A stretch of DNA of 62,348 bases, counting the filler, from Chiloscyllium plagiosum (Eukaryota): NCBI RefSeq assembly GCF_004010195.1. It is 4 parts of one record of this genome, joined end to end, with 100 filler letters (N's around TTAATTAATTAA, not from the genome) between each part and the next. Parts side by side here need not be neighbours in the genome. Positions count along the whole stretch, not along the records: positions 35,402 to 54,229 come from NC_057715.1; positions 54,330 to 62,348 come from NC_057715.1; 2 more parts are not named here. One strand, written 5' to 3'. Position 1 is the first letter of the stretch, and each line of letters opens with the position of its first letter. A model generated the notes under the pieces. That model was not told where the DNA came from. It saw only the letters and a program-made list of their open reading frames with translations, and did not search any database. The position numbers and the translations under genes were made by a program. Below, piece by piece: positions 49,785 through 61,591 of this stretch.

Positions 49785-52120
49785 CATACTATTTTTAAAA
49801 TCAATTAACTGAACATTTTGATCTTAAAAGCAACATAGAAAATGTAAAATGCTTCAGGGGTTGTGAAGAAGGGTCATTTAGTCATACAGCACGGAAACAG
49901 ACCCTTCTGTCCAATTTCCCCACGTCAATCAGCTATCCTAAATTAATCTAGTCCCATTTTCCAGCATTTGACCCATACCCCTCGAAACCCTTCCTAATCA
50001 TGCACCAATCCTGATGCCTTTTAAATGTTATAATTGTATCAGCCTCCACCATCTTCTCTGGCAGCTCGTTCCATACAGGCACCAACCTGTGTGAAAAAAG
50101 GTGCCCTTCAGGTCCCTTTTAACTCTTTTCTCTCTTATCATACACCCATGCCCTCTGGTTTTGGACTCCCTAACCCTGGTGAAAAGGCCTATCCATGCCT
50201 GTCATGATTTGATAAACCTCTATAAAAAAGTCAGTAGACCAGAAAAGTTAACTCTGCTTTCTCTCTACAGATGCTGTCAGATTTGCCAAGTCTCACCTGC
50301 AATTTCTGCTTTTGTTTCAGATTTTCAGCATCTGTAGTTCTTTGCTTTATAAAAACGTACAAGTTGTAGTGTGGTCTGTAATCTTGGCACAACCAAAAGT
50401 GATCTGGGTTAAGATTTGTATTACCATTTTATACAACTTTCATTCTCTTAAGCTGTCTCCAAACTAACATTGACATTAGAGCAGCTGTAGTATTCTGTGG
50501 TTAAGTCTTTCAGCCAAAGGTTAAAGTGCGATGTTTGGGGGATTCAAGATGGCAGTAATCTAAATAGATCAGCCTTGCCGAGCTCTGCACCCCAACCCAA
50601 TGTAGTAATATTTTTTCACCCCCCACTTTAGTTTTATTGGAAAAAATTATTGTTAAATGATAAAACAACCGTTTAAATTCTTTTTCGAGCGTGCAAGAAC
50701 GACTAAGGGGAAGCAAATAGCCAAACTTCAATACTCGGGACACTCAAAAACAGCAGATGGACACGGGTCTGCAACTAGGGAAGCAGCTGTAGCTCCCTCT
50801 GCAGCTGTGAAAGAAATGCATGCGCAGAACATCGTGGAGGAACTCGGAGCAACCTGATAGCTGATCCAGGAGATGAGGGAAGAGACTCGTAATCAACTGG
50901 AGCCCATTTCAACCATGCTGCAAAAGCAAAAGAAGGTGTTGGAAGGGCTCGGGAAATGAGATGAAGAGGTTGAGCAGCGGACCACGACATCGGAGACAGA
51001 GTTGAGTCCTCACCGGGGCTGATCCATGACTTTGAGAAATAGGTTCGGGTCCTGACTGAGAAAGTTGATTACCTGGAAAATAGAGGTAGGAGGAAAAATA
51101 TCCGGGTCATTGGCTTGCCAGAGGGAGTAGAAGCTGGGCAGCCAGTAAGTTTTTTTTGAAGATTGTTGTCACAATTTCTTGATTGGGATGCCGAGGGCAG
51201 ACCAGGTGAAGGTAAACAGAGCTCACCGGGTTGCGTGCACAAATCCAGTCAGGGTCAGCACTCCCATCTGGTTCCGATATGATTTCAATGCTACAGGGAC
51301 AACCAGAGTGTCATGGAAACTTCTAGAAGGTTGGGGAGAGATCCACAGGCCCTGACCTATTGGGGAATTAAGATAACGTTTTTCCAGGACTTTTCTGCGG
51401 CAGTAATGCATAAAAGGAAATCGTTTGATGAGGTTAAGAGAAAGTTCAAGGACCTCGGTATTCAATATTCAATGAGATACATAGCAGTGCTTCGTATTAC
51501 TTAGGGTGCAGTCATTTCATTCCTTGAAGCAAGCCAAAACCTTCTTGGACATTTTAAAATAATGTAGATGTGTTTATGGACATGGACAACGCTGTCTGGG
51601 ATTTTTATTTTCATCTTGCTTTTATTTCTTATACTTTCACTCTTCTCCCAAAGAAGCTGTTGTTAATGGGTTTTTTTCTCTCCGAGCTGGAGTGGTATTG
51701 ATTTATTGTGGGGGGTGGGCAGAGTGCTCACTGTTTTGTTATACCTTTTGTGTTTACAATGTCCTTTGTTTGGTCTCTTCCATTGCTTGGGTTTGAGGTG
51801 TGGCTCGAACTGGAAAGAGGGATGGAGGTACGTGTGGGAAATGTAAGCGTCCTCTGTTGGCTGGGTGTAGATTACCCCATTCAGTGTCTTGTGTTTTGTA
51901 ATTAATTTTTGGGTTTTTTTTTGTAAATAGACTCCTTTTGAGTGCTCAGTGCATTGTAAGACAAATGCTTCCTCTCAGCAGGTCAAAGGTAAAGGATCAT
52001 AGCTAGCAGCATTCTTAAATGGTGCACCTGGAATATCAGAGGGATTCATTTGCCAGTTAAAAGAAAAAAGGTCTTGTCGAGCCTTAGAAAGAAGAGGGTG
52101 GATGTTTCCCTGTTACAGGA

Positions 52121-52247
52121 TAAAGTGAGGACTGCAGATGCTGGAGATCAGAGCTGAAAAATGTGTTGCTGGAAAAGCGCAGCAGGTCTGGCAGCATCCA
52201 AGGAGCATGAGAATCGACGTTTCGGGCATAAGCCCTTCTTCAGGAAT
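52121..52247 (-). mobile_element. Solo pLTR insertion (family A) with perfect 11-bp TSD inside L1 ORF2
   Basis: ctgttacagga at 52110-52120 and 52248-52258; removing it restores SLLQETHL; intact hammerhead core on the minus strand. Confidence 0.93.
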
Positions 52248-52529
52248 CTGTTACAGGAGACTCATCTTAATGACAAGGAACACTTGAAGTTACAGCAGGG
52301 TGGGTTTGATCAGGTGTTATTCTCATCTTTTAGTACTGAGAGCAGAGGAGTGGCAATACTCATCCAGAAGGGTCTCACATTTAATTTAATAGATTGTGTT
52401 AAAGTATGGTCAGTTTGTTATTCTTAAGGCCCCTATATATGACGAGGAATATGTCTACTGCCCTCCAGCCCACCCTCTTAAATTTCTGACTGACGCACTA
52501 AGCTGATGGCCTTGGCATCGTAGCATGTT

Positions 52530-52650
52530 GAAGGGCTTTTGCCCGTAACGTCGATTTTGCTGAAGCTCCTCGATGCTGCCTGACTTGCTGTGCTCTTCCA
52601 GCACCATTGATCCAGAATCTGGTTTCCAGCATCTGCAGTCATTGTTTTTA
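52530..52650 (+). mobile_element. Solo pLTR insertion (family A) with 14-bp TSD inside L1 ORF2
   Basis: catcgtagcatgtt (52516-52529) and catcgtggcatgtt (52651-52664). Confidence 0.9.
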
Positions 52651-53728
52651 CATCGTGGCATGTTAGTATAGGGGGTTGGCAGGGGGGAAAACGGACATTG
52701 TCTTATGGTTCCTGTGCTGGATAGAATGCCCAAAGGCCCCCCCAAAGCTTTGTTCACAATCTAAGCCATTGGGCGACCTACATGTAGAACAGGGGTTTGT
52801 AGACATTTGGAGACGTTACACCCTACAGGCAGAGATTTTACATTCTTTTCCAATCCTCACTAAATGCCACACAAGGACTGATAATTTCCTAGCTCCCACA
52901 GCTTTTTTAGATTTGATGGTATTGTGTTCAATTGGGAATATTGACATCTCTGATCATGCAATGGTGTATTTAATGTTTAAGATTAAGGGTGATGCAATGG
53001 GCTCACAGTACTGGCGAATGGGTCCCTTCACTCTTAAGGACAGCAAGTTTGTAGACTATTCTCTAGGGAATTTGAAATTTTTTTGGCCACCAACTCAGGT
53101 CCAGCTAGTAATCCTTCCACTGTTCGCCTACGCTGGAGAGATAAATATCTCATACACTGCCAGCCAGAAGCGCAGAGGGAGAGCAGTAATGTCTGCCTGA
53201 GGCACGACTGAAGGCAGCTGAAACGGTATATTGCAGTAGACAGCGGATCACAGCTCTGTGCTAACGCATACAGCAAGAAAGGAACTTTCCTTTGCGAAGC
53301 ATAGGCTGTTTGGGTACGGGGATAGGCTGGGTAAATACTTGGCATATTTGGTCAGTAAGAAGAATGCTTCCTAGTCTATTAGTTCTATTAGGAAAGGGAA
53401 TGGGACTCTTACTTACGATGCTAAAAAGATCAATGAGGTGTTTCAGAGGTTTATTCTGAACTTTACCAGTCTGAATGCTGAGGACAGATGAGATAAGGTA
53501 GAGTCTTTTTTTAAGGTAGAGTCTTTTTTTAGGGATATGGATCTTCCTGTTGTGTGTGCTGAATAAGCATCTCTCCCTAGTGCTCCGTTAACAACCCAAG
53601 AGATACAGGAGGCGGTGAGGCAACTTCAAAGCGGGAAGGCGCCCGGTCCTGACGGTTTGCCCAGTGAGTTTTATGAAGAATTTGTAAATATACTGTCAGG
53701 ACTGATGCTAGACATGTATAACTATTCC

Positions 53729-54229
53729 TGACCACCCTGGCCGACAAGATCCACAAGCCTGACCACCCTGGCCGACCCATTGTCTCAGCATGCTCCTGCC
53801 CCACTGAACTTATCTCTACCGACCTCGACACTAACCTATCCCCCCTAGTCCAGGAACTCCCCACATACGTTTGAGACACCACCCACGCCCTCCACCTCCT
53901 CCAAGACTTCCGTTTCCCCGGCCCCCAACGCCTCATCTTCACCATGGATATCCAATCCCTCTACACCTCCATCCGCCATAACCAGGGCCTCCAAGCCCTC
54001 CGTTTCTTCCTCTCCAGACGTTCCCAACAGTACCCCTCCACCGACACACTCATTCGTTTGGCCGAACTGGTCCTCACCCTTAACAACTTTGAATCCTCCC
54101 ACTTTCTCCAGACCAAAGGGGTAGCCATGGGCACACGTATGGGCCCCAGCTATGCCTGTCTCTTGGTTGGCTACGTAGAGCAGTTGATCTTCCGTAATTA
54201 CACCGGCACCACTCCCCAACTCTTCCTCC
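53729..54229 (+). mobile_element. Penelope family A RT core fragment
   Basis: KIHKPDHPGRPIVS, MDIQSLYTSI, LTLNNF, QTKGVAMGTRMGPSYACL; runs into a gap. Confidence 0.93.
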
Positions 54230-54489
54230 NNNNNNNNNNNNNNNNNNNNNNNNNNNNNNNNNNNNNNNNNNNNTTAATTAATTAANNNNNNNNNNNNNNN
54301 NNNNNNNNNNNNNNNNNNNNNNNNNNNNNGACCTGTTATACATCAGGTTAATCCATCACAGGAGAGATGCCAGGACCTTTAAATCTCAACTCCTTTGTTA
54401 TAAATTAAGGAACTACGCAGAGCTTTCTATAAAGCCATTATAGTCTCCTCACAAGTCACTCTGATGTCTGACCTGTTGCATCATCACTA

Positions 54490-55470
54490 TAAGACTAAAA
54501 GACCATAAGAACTAGGAGCAGGGGTAGACCATTCAGCCCACTGAAGCTGTTCTATCATTTAATGACATTATGGCTGATCTGTTAATCCCCAATATAAACC
54601 TAAAGAACTGCAGATGCCGTAAATCAGAAACAAAAACAGAATTTGCTGGAGAAGTTCAGCAGGTCTGGCAGCATCTGTGGCGAGAAATCAGAGTTAATGT
54701 TTCAGGTCAAGTGACCCTTGCTCAGAACTGTTCTGATGCTGCCAGACCTGCTGAGCTTCTGATAATCCTCGACTCTCCTTTCCTACTTCTTCCCCATAAC
54801 CCTTCCTGATTACAAGTCTGTCTCAGTCTTGAATATACTTAATGACCCTGCCTCAAATGCCCCCTGTGGTAAAGAATTTCATAGATTCACTACTCTCTGA
54901 GAGAAGAAATTCCTCCTCATCTCTGTCTTAAATGTGTGATCCTTCATTCAGTGGGAAGTGCTATGCACAACGTTCCTGACATTAACTCTTTCAAACCCCT
55001 ATCCTTCAGGTTCGTATATGTACATACAACAGTGAAAGTGGCAGGGCTGATGGAGACAGCAGGTAATAAAGCATACAGTGTCCTCAGCTTTATTAATAGG
55101 GTTATAGCCTACAACAGCAAGGAGGTGATGTTGAACTTGTACAAGACACTTGTTAGACCTCAACTGGAGTATTATGTACATTTGTGGGCACCACATTATA
55201 GGAAAGATGTGAACACCCTAGAGAGAGAGAGAGTGCAGAAATGATTTACAAGAATGGGATGAAGAATGAGAAACTTCAGTGATGAGGATAAATTAAAGAA
55301 GTTGAGATGATTTTCCTTGGAGCGGAGAAGGCCGAGAGAAAATCTGAGGTTATCAAATCATGGAAGGTCTGGACAGAGTAAGTGTTCCCACTAGTGGAAG
55401 CATTGAGAGCAAGAGGATGCAGATATAAGAAAATCTGCGAAAGAGTTATTGTTGACAGGAGGAGAAATCT
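54490..55470. mobile_element. CR1 fragments (minus 3' UTR with a family B pLTR at about 54593-54757; plus RT C-terminus from about 54950)
   Basis: LYKTLVRPQLEYYVHLWAPHYRKD; pLTR flanked by tctgttaatcc and tctgataatcc. Confidence 0.8.
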
Positions 55471-56399
55471 TTTCTCGCTGTGAGTGGGTCCAATTCGTGC
55501 ACCAGCTGTGATTACCATGAAGGACTCACCCCCCAACCTCTCCACTCACTGAAGACGTGCTGAACTGCGCTGTATTCTTCTATGTTCTATGTTCTATGTT
55601 CTACATAAGAAAATCTGCGAAAGAGTTATTGTTGACAGGAGGAAAAATCTTTTCTCACTGTGAGTGGGTCCAATTCGTGCACCAGCTGTGATTACCATGA
55701 AGGACTCACCTCTCAACCTCTCCACTCACTGAAGACGTGCTGACCCTCAGGTTAAATGCAACACCTGTCCTCTCTCTCTATCTCTCTCTCGTGAGAGAGC
55801 AGCCCTATGGTCCTCTGCAACAATTGTAACTTTAACATTTCCCTTTACAGATAGGGTCTGGATTCAATTGAGGCACTCTGAAATCTGCAAAGGAAGAATA
55901 TAGGGCTACAGAGAAAGGCAGGGAAATAACCATTCTGTAACTATTCTGTGTGAAATCACAATATTGCAACCATGGTGGAAGACAGTCGTCCTTTAATGTC
56001 AGGAAGTGTGCTGGGATTCAAAGCAATAATCCAATCGCTGAAACTCACTCCAAGAGATAATCCCATTACAGGTTCTTAATTCCAAAACAAAATATTGCAG
56101 AGAATGACATAATGTGCAATCATCATCCAGCAAATGTGTACACAACTACGTAAGTAAGCATGCTGACCCCAGCTGATTAAGTAAAACAGCACAGCTCCCT
56201 TTTGTTCTCAATCCAGTTGGATAAATTCTGATTGAATTATAGGCACAGTGTCCCTTGTTATCACAATAATTAGCGCCCTCTTCAAATCCATTGCCTATTT
56301 TACATTGTTAATTGCCATCTGCAAACTCACAACTCCATTTACCTTCAGGACATATTTACTGCTCTGTTATATTTCCTGATCTTTGAATCCTCCACAGAA

Positions 56400-59300
56400 A
56401 TCTCAGCAGAATAAATTAGGAACAGGAGTAGGCTATTTGTCCTCTCAAGCCTGCTTTGAGAAGCCTGCATGAGAATATGGCTGATCTTCTCCCTCAGTTC
56501 TACATTCCCACATTATAGAAACAGGAATGGACCATTCAGCCCTTCGAGCCTGTTCCACCATTTAATGAGAAAATGGCTGATCTTCATACATCTGCCTCTG
56601 GTCCATATCCCTTAATGCCTTTGCTGAACAAAAGGACTTAAAATTAACAACTGGTCCAGCATCGACTTTGTGTAAGAGACTTCTAAACCTCCCTCACCCT
56701 TTTTGTGTCAAAGTGCTTCTGAACGTCTTTCCTGAATGGTCTGGCCCTAATTCTCAGACTATTCCCCTAGAATAGTTCCAGAATCCCCAACCGGTGGAAA
56801 TAGTTTATCTGCCCCAACTTTTCCTGTTAATATCTTGAAGACTTTGATAACCTCTTAACTTTCTAAATTCTAGAGAAAATAGGCCTAACACAACCTCTGA
56901 AGTCCAGGTATCATTCTTGTAAACCTAACTTATACTCCCTCCGAGGCCAATCTATCCTTCCGAAGGTGGTGCCCAGATCTGCTCATAATACTCCAAGTGG
57001 GGTCTAACCAGGGTTTTGTATAACTGCAGTATAACCTATGCATCCTTAGCTTTCTTGATTATTTTCTGCATCTGTTTGTGACATTTTAAAGATCTGCACC
57101 TTAACCTTAAACGTCTTTGGGCATCCACTGTATTTAACTTCATATCATCTAGAGAGATCCCTGATCTAGGGGATGAAGGGCTCTTGCCCGAAACATCAAT
57201 TTTCCTGCTCCTCAGATGCTGCCTGACCTGCTGTGCATTTCCAGCAGCACTCTAATCTTGACTCTAATCTCCAGCATCTGCAGTCCTCACTTTCACCCAG
57301 GTCCCTGATCTAGCCTTTCTCAGTCCAAAAATAAAGGAGATATTGGGGTACTTTTCAGATGGTATTATCGCCACATCCCTTACTTGCTCTATCAAACCTG
57401 TACCTTGCACACTGAGCATCCAAAGGTCTCTGTCGTAGAAATATTACTCTCTGACTGAAGACGTTTCCCCTCATTTCAGTCCAAAATGGCCGACTGTTTT
57501 TCTTACTGAGACAATTCCCACTAGTCCTGCATCATCCCAGCCCTCACTCTCCCCTGGGTACTCTGGATCCTAGAGCCAGATGAACATCCTCAACATCTAT
57601 CCGTCAAAGCTGCTTTGAATTCTATAAGTTTCAATTAGATCACTTCGGATTTTTCTAGATGCTAGGGAGGACTTGTCAAATCCTCAAGATCTCCTTGTAG
57701 GACAATCATGGCTCCAGGAACCAGTGAGCCCTCACTGCACTCCCGCTATAGCATGTCAATGCTGTTGTACCATAACGTGCCTTTTGAAGGGATGTGAACA
57801 CATTGGAGAGAGTGCAGAACAGGAATAAAAGAATTTTTTCTGAAAGAGAGCCTTCAGTTATGATGATAAATTGAAGAAGTTGGGATTGTTCTGCATGGAC
57901 AGGAGAAGGCTGAGAGGGGATTTGATAAAGGTTTTCAATAATCATGATCAGGCTGAATGGATTAGAAAGAGGAAGCTATTCCCACTCATAAGGCAAGCAA
58001 GAACAAGACAGCATGGATTTAAAGTGATGTGCAAACAAAGTGATGTGAGAAAAACCTTTTTCACACAATAAGTAATTAGAGTCTGGAATGACCTACCTGG
58101 AAATGGTGGGAGTAGGTTCAATTGAGGCATTTAAGAGGGACATTGAATGGTTATTTAGATCGAAATGGTGTGCAGGGATATAGGAAAAATACAGGAGACT
58201 GGAACGAGGTAATGATGTTTGTTTAAAAAGCCAGAGCAGGCACGAGGGCTGAATGGATACCTTCGACATCAACAATTCTGTGGGAGGCTGGTTGTGTTAC
58301 CATGACACCATGGGGTATAGGAGCAGAATTACACCATTCAACCCATCAAGCATGCTCTGTCATTCGAACATGGATGATATGTTTCTCAATTCCATTCTCC
58401 TGTCTTCTCCCTGTAACACTTGATCCCTTTTCCAATCCAAAATCTATCCATCTTTGTCTTAAATACACTCAATGACTTGGCCTCCACAGCCCTCTGCAGT
58501 AATGAGTCCCACAAATTCCTCACCCTCTGGCTGAAGAAATTCCTCCTCATCTCAGTTCTAAAGGGTTATCCCTTCACCCTGAGGCTGGGCCCTTGGGTAA
58601 GTCTCTCCTACTGGTGGAAACATTTTCTCCACATTCACTCTGTCCAGGCCTCTCAATAGTCTGTAAGTTTCAATCAGATCTCCCCCATATGTTTCTAAAC
58701 TCCATCAAGTACAGTCCCAGAGTCTTCATCTACTTCTCATATGACAAGAACTTCATCTCTGGGATCATTCTTATAAACCTCCTCTGGACCCATGTCAAGT
58801 CCAGCACATCCTTCTTTAGATATGGTGCCCAAAACTGCTCACAATATTCCAAATGTGGTCTGAGCTAATACAGCCTCAGCAGTACATCTCTGCTCTTGTA
58901 TTCTAGCCCTCTTGAAATAAATGCTAACATTGCATTTGCTTTCCTCACTGCCAACTGAACCTGCATGTTAACCTTAAGAGAATTCTGAATTCAGACTACA
59001 AGTTCCTTTGTGCTTCAGATTTCAGAAGCCTTTCCCCATTTAGAAAATAGCCCATGCCTCTATTCTTCCACCAAAATGCATAACCTCACACTTTCCAACA
59101 TTGTATTCCATTTGCTACTTCTTTGCCCACTCTCCTAGCCACGTCCTTCTGCAGCCTTCCCACTTCCTCAACACTACATTTCCCATTTTTGTCTCATCTG
59201 CAAACTTAGCAATAGTGCCTTCAGTTCTTTCGTTCAGATCATTGATAGTTGAGGTCATGAATAGTTGCAGACCCAACATGGATTCCTGCAGAGCTCAACT

Positions 59301-60235
59301 TGTCACCACTGCCAACTGAAATTGACCCCGTTGTCCCCTCTCTCTGCCTTCTGCCAGTCAGCCAATACCCTATCCATGTCAGTACCTTGCCCCTAACACC
59401 TTGGGCTCTTATCTTATTTAGCAGCCTCCTGTGCAGCACCTTGTCAAAGACTTGTTAAAGTCTTACCCAAATAGATAACATCCACTGGCTCTCTTTTGTC
59501 CAAATTGTTTGTTAGCTCCTTGAAGAATTGTAACAGATTTGCTTGACACCCTTCCCTTGTTGAAGCTGGGCTGACATAGCATTATTTAACCATGCACTTC
59601 CAAGTACTCCACAATCTCATGCTTGATAGTGGACTCTAAAATCTTACCTACAATTGAAGTCAGGCTAACTGGCCTATAGTTTCCTGTCTTCTGCCTCCCT
59701 CCCTTCTTAAACAGATCCATTATACAGGCCATTTTCCAGTTCTCTGGGACCCTCTTTGACTCCAGTGATTTCTGGAAGAACACTGCCAATTCTTCTACAA
59801 TTTCCTCAGCTATCCCTTTCAGAACTCTGAGGTGTACTCCATTTGATATGGGTGATTTACGTACTTTCAGACCTTTCAGTTTCTCCAGTCCCTTCTCCTT
59901 AGTGATGGTCACTATACTCACCTCTACCCCCTGACTCTCCAGAAGCTCTGGTATGCTGCTGGTGTCTACCACGATGAAAACTAATTAAAAGTATCAATTC
60001 TGTTCCGCTGCCATTTCTTTGTTCCCATTACTAATTTTGCAGTGTCATATTCCACTGGTCCAATGTCTGTTCTTGCTGTCTCTTACATTTTAGATATCTA
60101 AAAATCCTTAGTAATCTTCTTTTATATTTCTATGCGGTTTACTCCCATATTTTATCTTTTTTCCCTGTAATTGCTTTTTTAATATCCTCTGCTGGTTTTT
60201 AAAGTTTTCATAATCCTCTGGATTCCCACTAATCT
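56400..60235. mobile_element. CR1 cluster: decayed minus copies 56400-57770, plus copy 57770-58280, long minus ORF2 58310-60235
   Basis: KKGGRQKTGNYRPVSLTSIVGKILE, RLLNKIRAQGVRG, RRRLRGDLIKVF. Confidence 0.88.
57170..57298 (+). mobile_element. Solo pLTR insertion (family A) with 15-bp TSD
   Basis: agatccctgatctag (57155-57169) and aggtccctgatctag (57299-57313). Confidence 0.9.
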
Positions 60236-60806
60236 TCATGGGATGATTTCATATTGGCGTCATGTTATAAGCCTCTCCTGATTTCCTCTTCATTGAAGAT
60301 TATCCTCTGGAGATGGCTTCACACTCTTTGTCCAAACCTTGCAACATTTTAGACCATTAGACTCCTGTCCCACATTGTGCATTGATATTCCATGTTCAGG
60401 GAGATGGTGGCAAAGTGGTAATATCATTCAAATAGTAATACAGTGGCCCAGACTAATTTTCAAAGGGCCTGGGTTTAAAATTCCACCATAGCAGCTGCTG
60501 GAATTTAGTTTAGTTGTGTAAAATCTGTGTTGAAAGTGTTGCATTGTGTAATGTCCTGAGGTCACAGTTGATCCATCCAATCTGATGATGCCAAACACAG
60601 TCAAGGTGAGGTTTATTTGCTTAGGAGCAAATGTACTCCCTACAGCTCCTAAGAGTCATAGAGTCATAGAGATGTACAGCACAGAAACAGAGCCTTCGGT
60701 CCAACTCGTTCATGCTGACCAGACATCCTCCTTAACACTTTATTTCTGATGAGAACTATGACTTGTAATTTGTACAATTATACAATGGCCATCTTATTCC
60801 TCAAGG

Positions 60807-60947
60807 TGGTAAAAACAATGACTGCAGATGCTGGAAACCAGATTCTGGATAAGTGGTGCTGGAAGAGCACAGCAATTCAGGCAGCATCCAAGGAGCTTCT
60901 TGGATGCTGCCTGAACTGTTGTGCTCTTCCAGCACCACTAATCCAGA
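60807..60947. mobile_element. Fold-back pLTR insertion (family A) lacking the hammerhead, 16-bp TSD
   Basis: atcttattcctcaagg (60791-60806) and atcttgttcctcaagg (60948-60963). Confidence 0.9.
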
Positions 60948-61591
60948 ATCTTGTTCCTCAAGGCAAGTGCCCCTTCCGTCGCTTCATCACAGAAAGCTAC
61001 TATGAAAATATTATTGATTTCTGTAAAAGACCCAAATGGGTCACTACTGTCTTTTAGAGAAGGAAATCTGCCATCTAAACCCAGTCCTGGCCTGCATGTG
61101 ACTCCAGACCCTTAGCCGTGTACTTGACTCTTAACTGCCCACTGAAAACCACCGAGAGAGACAATCAGTCCAGGCACAATTAGGAAGGGTCACTAGACCC
61201 AAAATGTTAACTCTGATTTCTTTTGACAGATGCTGCCAGATCTGTTGAACTTTTCCAGCAATTTCTGTTTCTGTTGCAGATGCAATTAGGGACGGGTAGC
61301 AAATGCTGGCCTTGCCAGTGACATCCTCATCCCATGAAAGAAATTTGAACAATCTTGCCTTTTGGAATGGAGGACTACGGTCTCCTTAGCCTCAGTGTAT
61401 AAAACCGTCCCACTGACCTCCAGAGAGATTACAAATACAGACGGGTAAGGAAAGTGTTAAGAAACTGAACATAAAGAATTCAAAGGTTGGAGAGCTTTGC
61501 TTTCTATATCTGAAAGAAAATTGCTTTTAAAATACCAAATTCTATCTTCCATGCACCTAACATGCCCAGACAATGCTGGCCATTTTTCACG

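Larger units (their letters stand above)
50537..53728 (+). mobile_element. L1-clade LINE 5' half (5' UTR, ORF1, spacer, ORF2 endonuclease to pre-RT), pseudogenised
   Basis: Starts gggggattcaagatggc (YY1-like); ORF1 KVDYLENRGRRKNIRVIGLPEGVE and ITFFQDFS; ORF2 TWNIRG, LLQETHL, ISDHA, SGKAPGPDGLPSEFY. Confidence 0.92.

Noticed and set aside
50505..50532. Resemblance to the reverse complement of the U2 snRNA 5' end just before the L1
   Set aside because: Short match with many mismatches, and the element looks like L1 rather than a U2-targeting Tx1 family.
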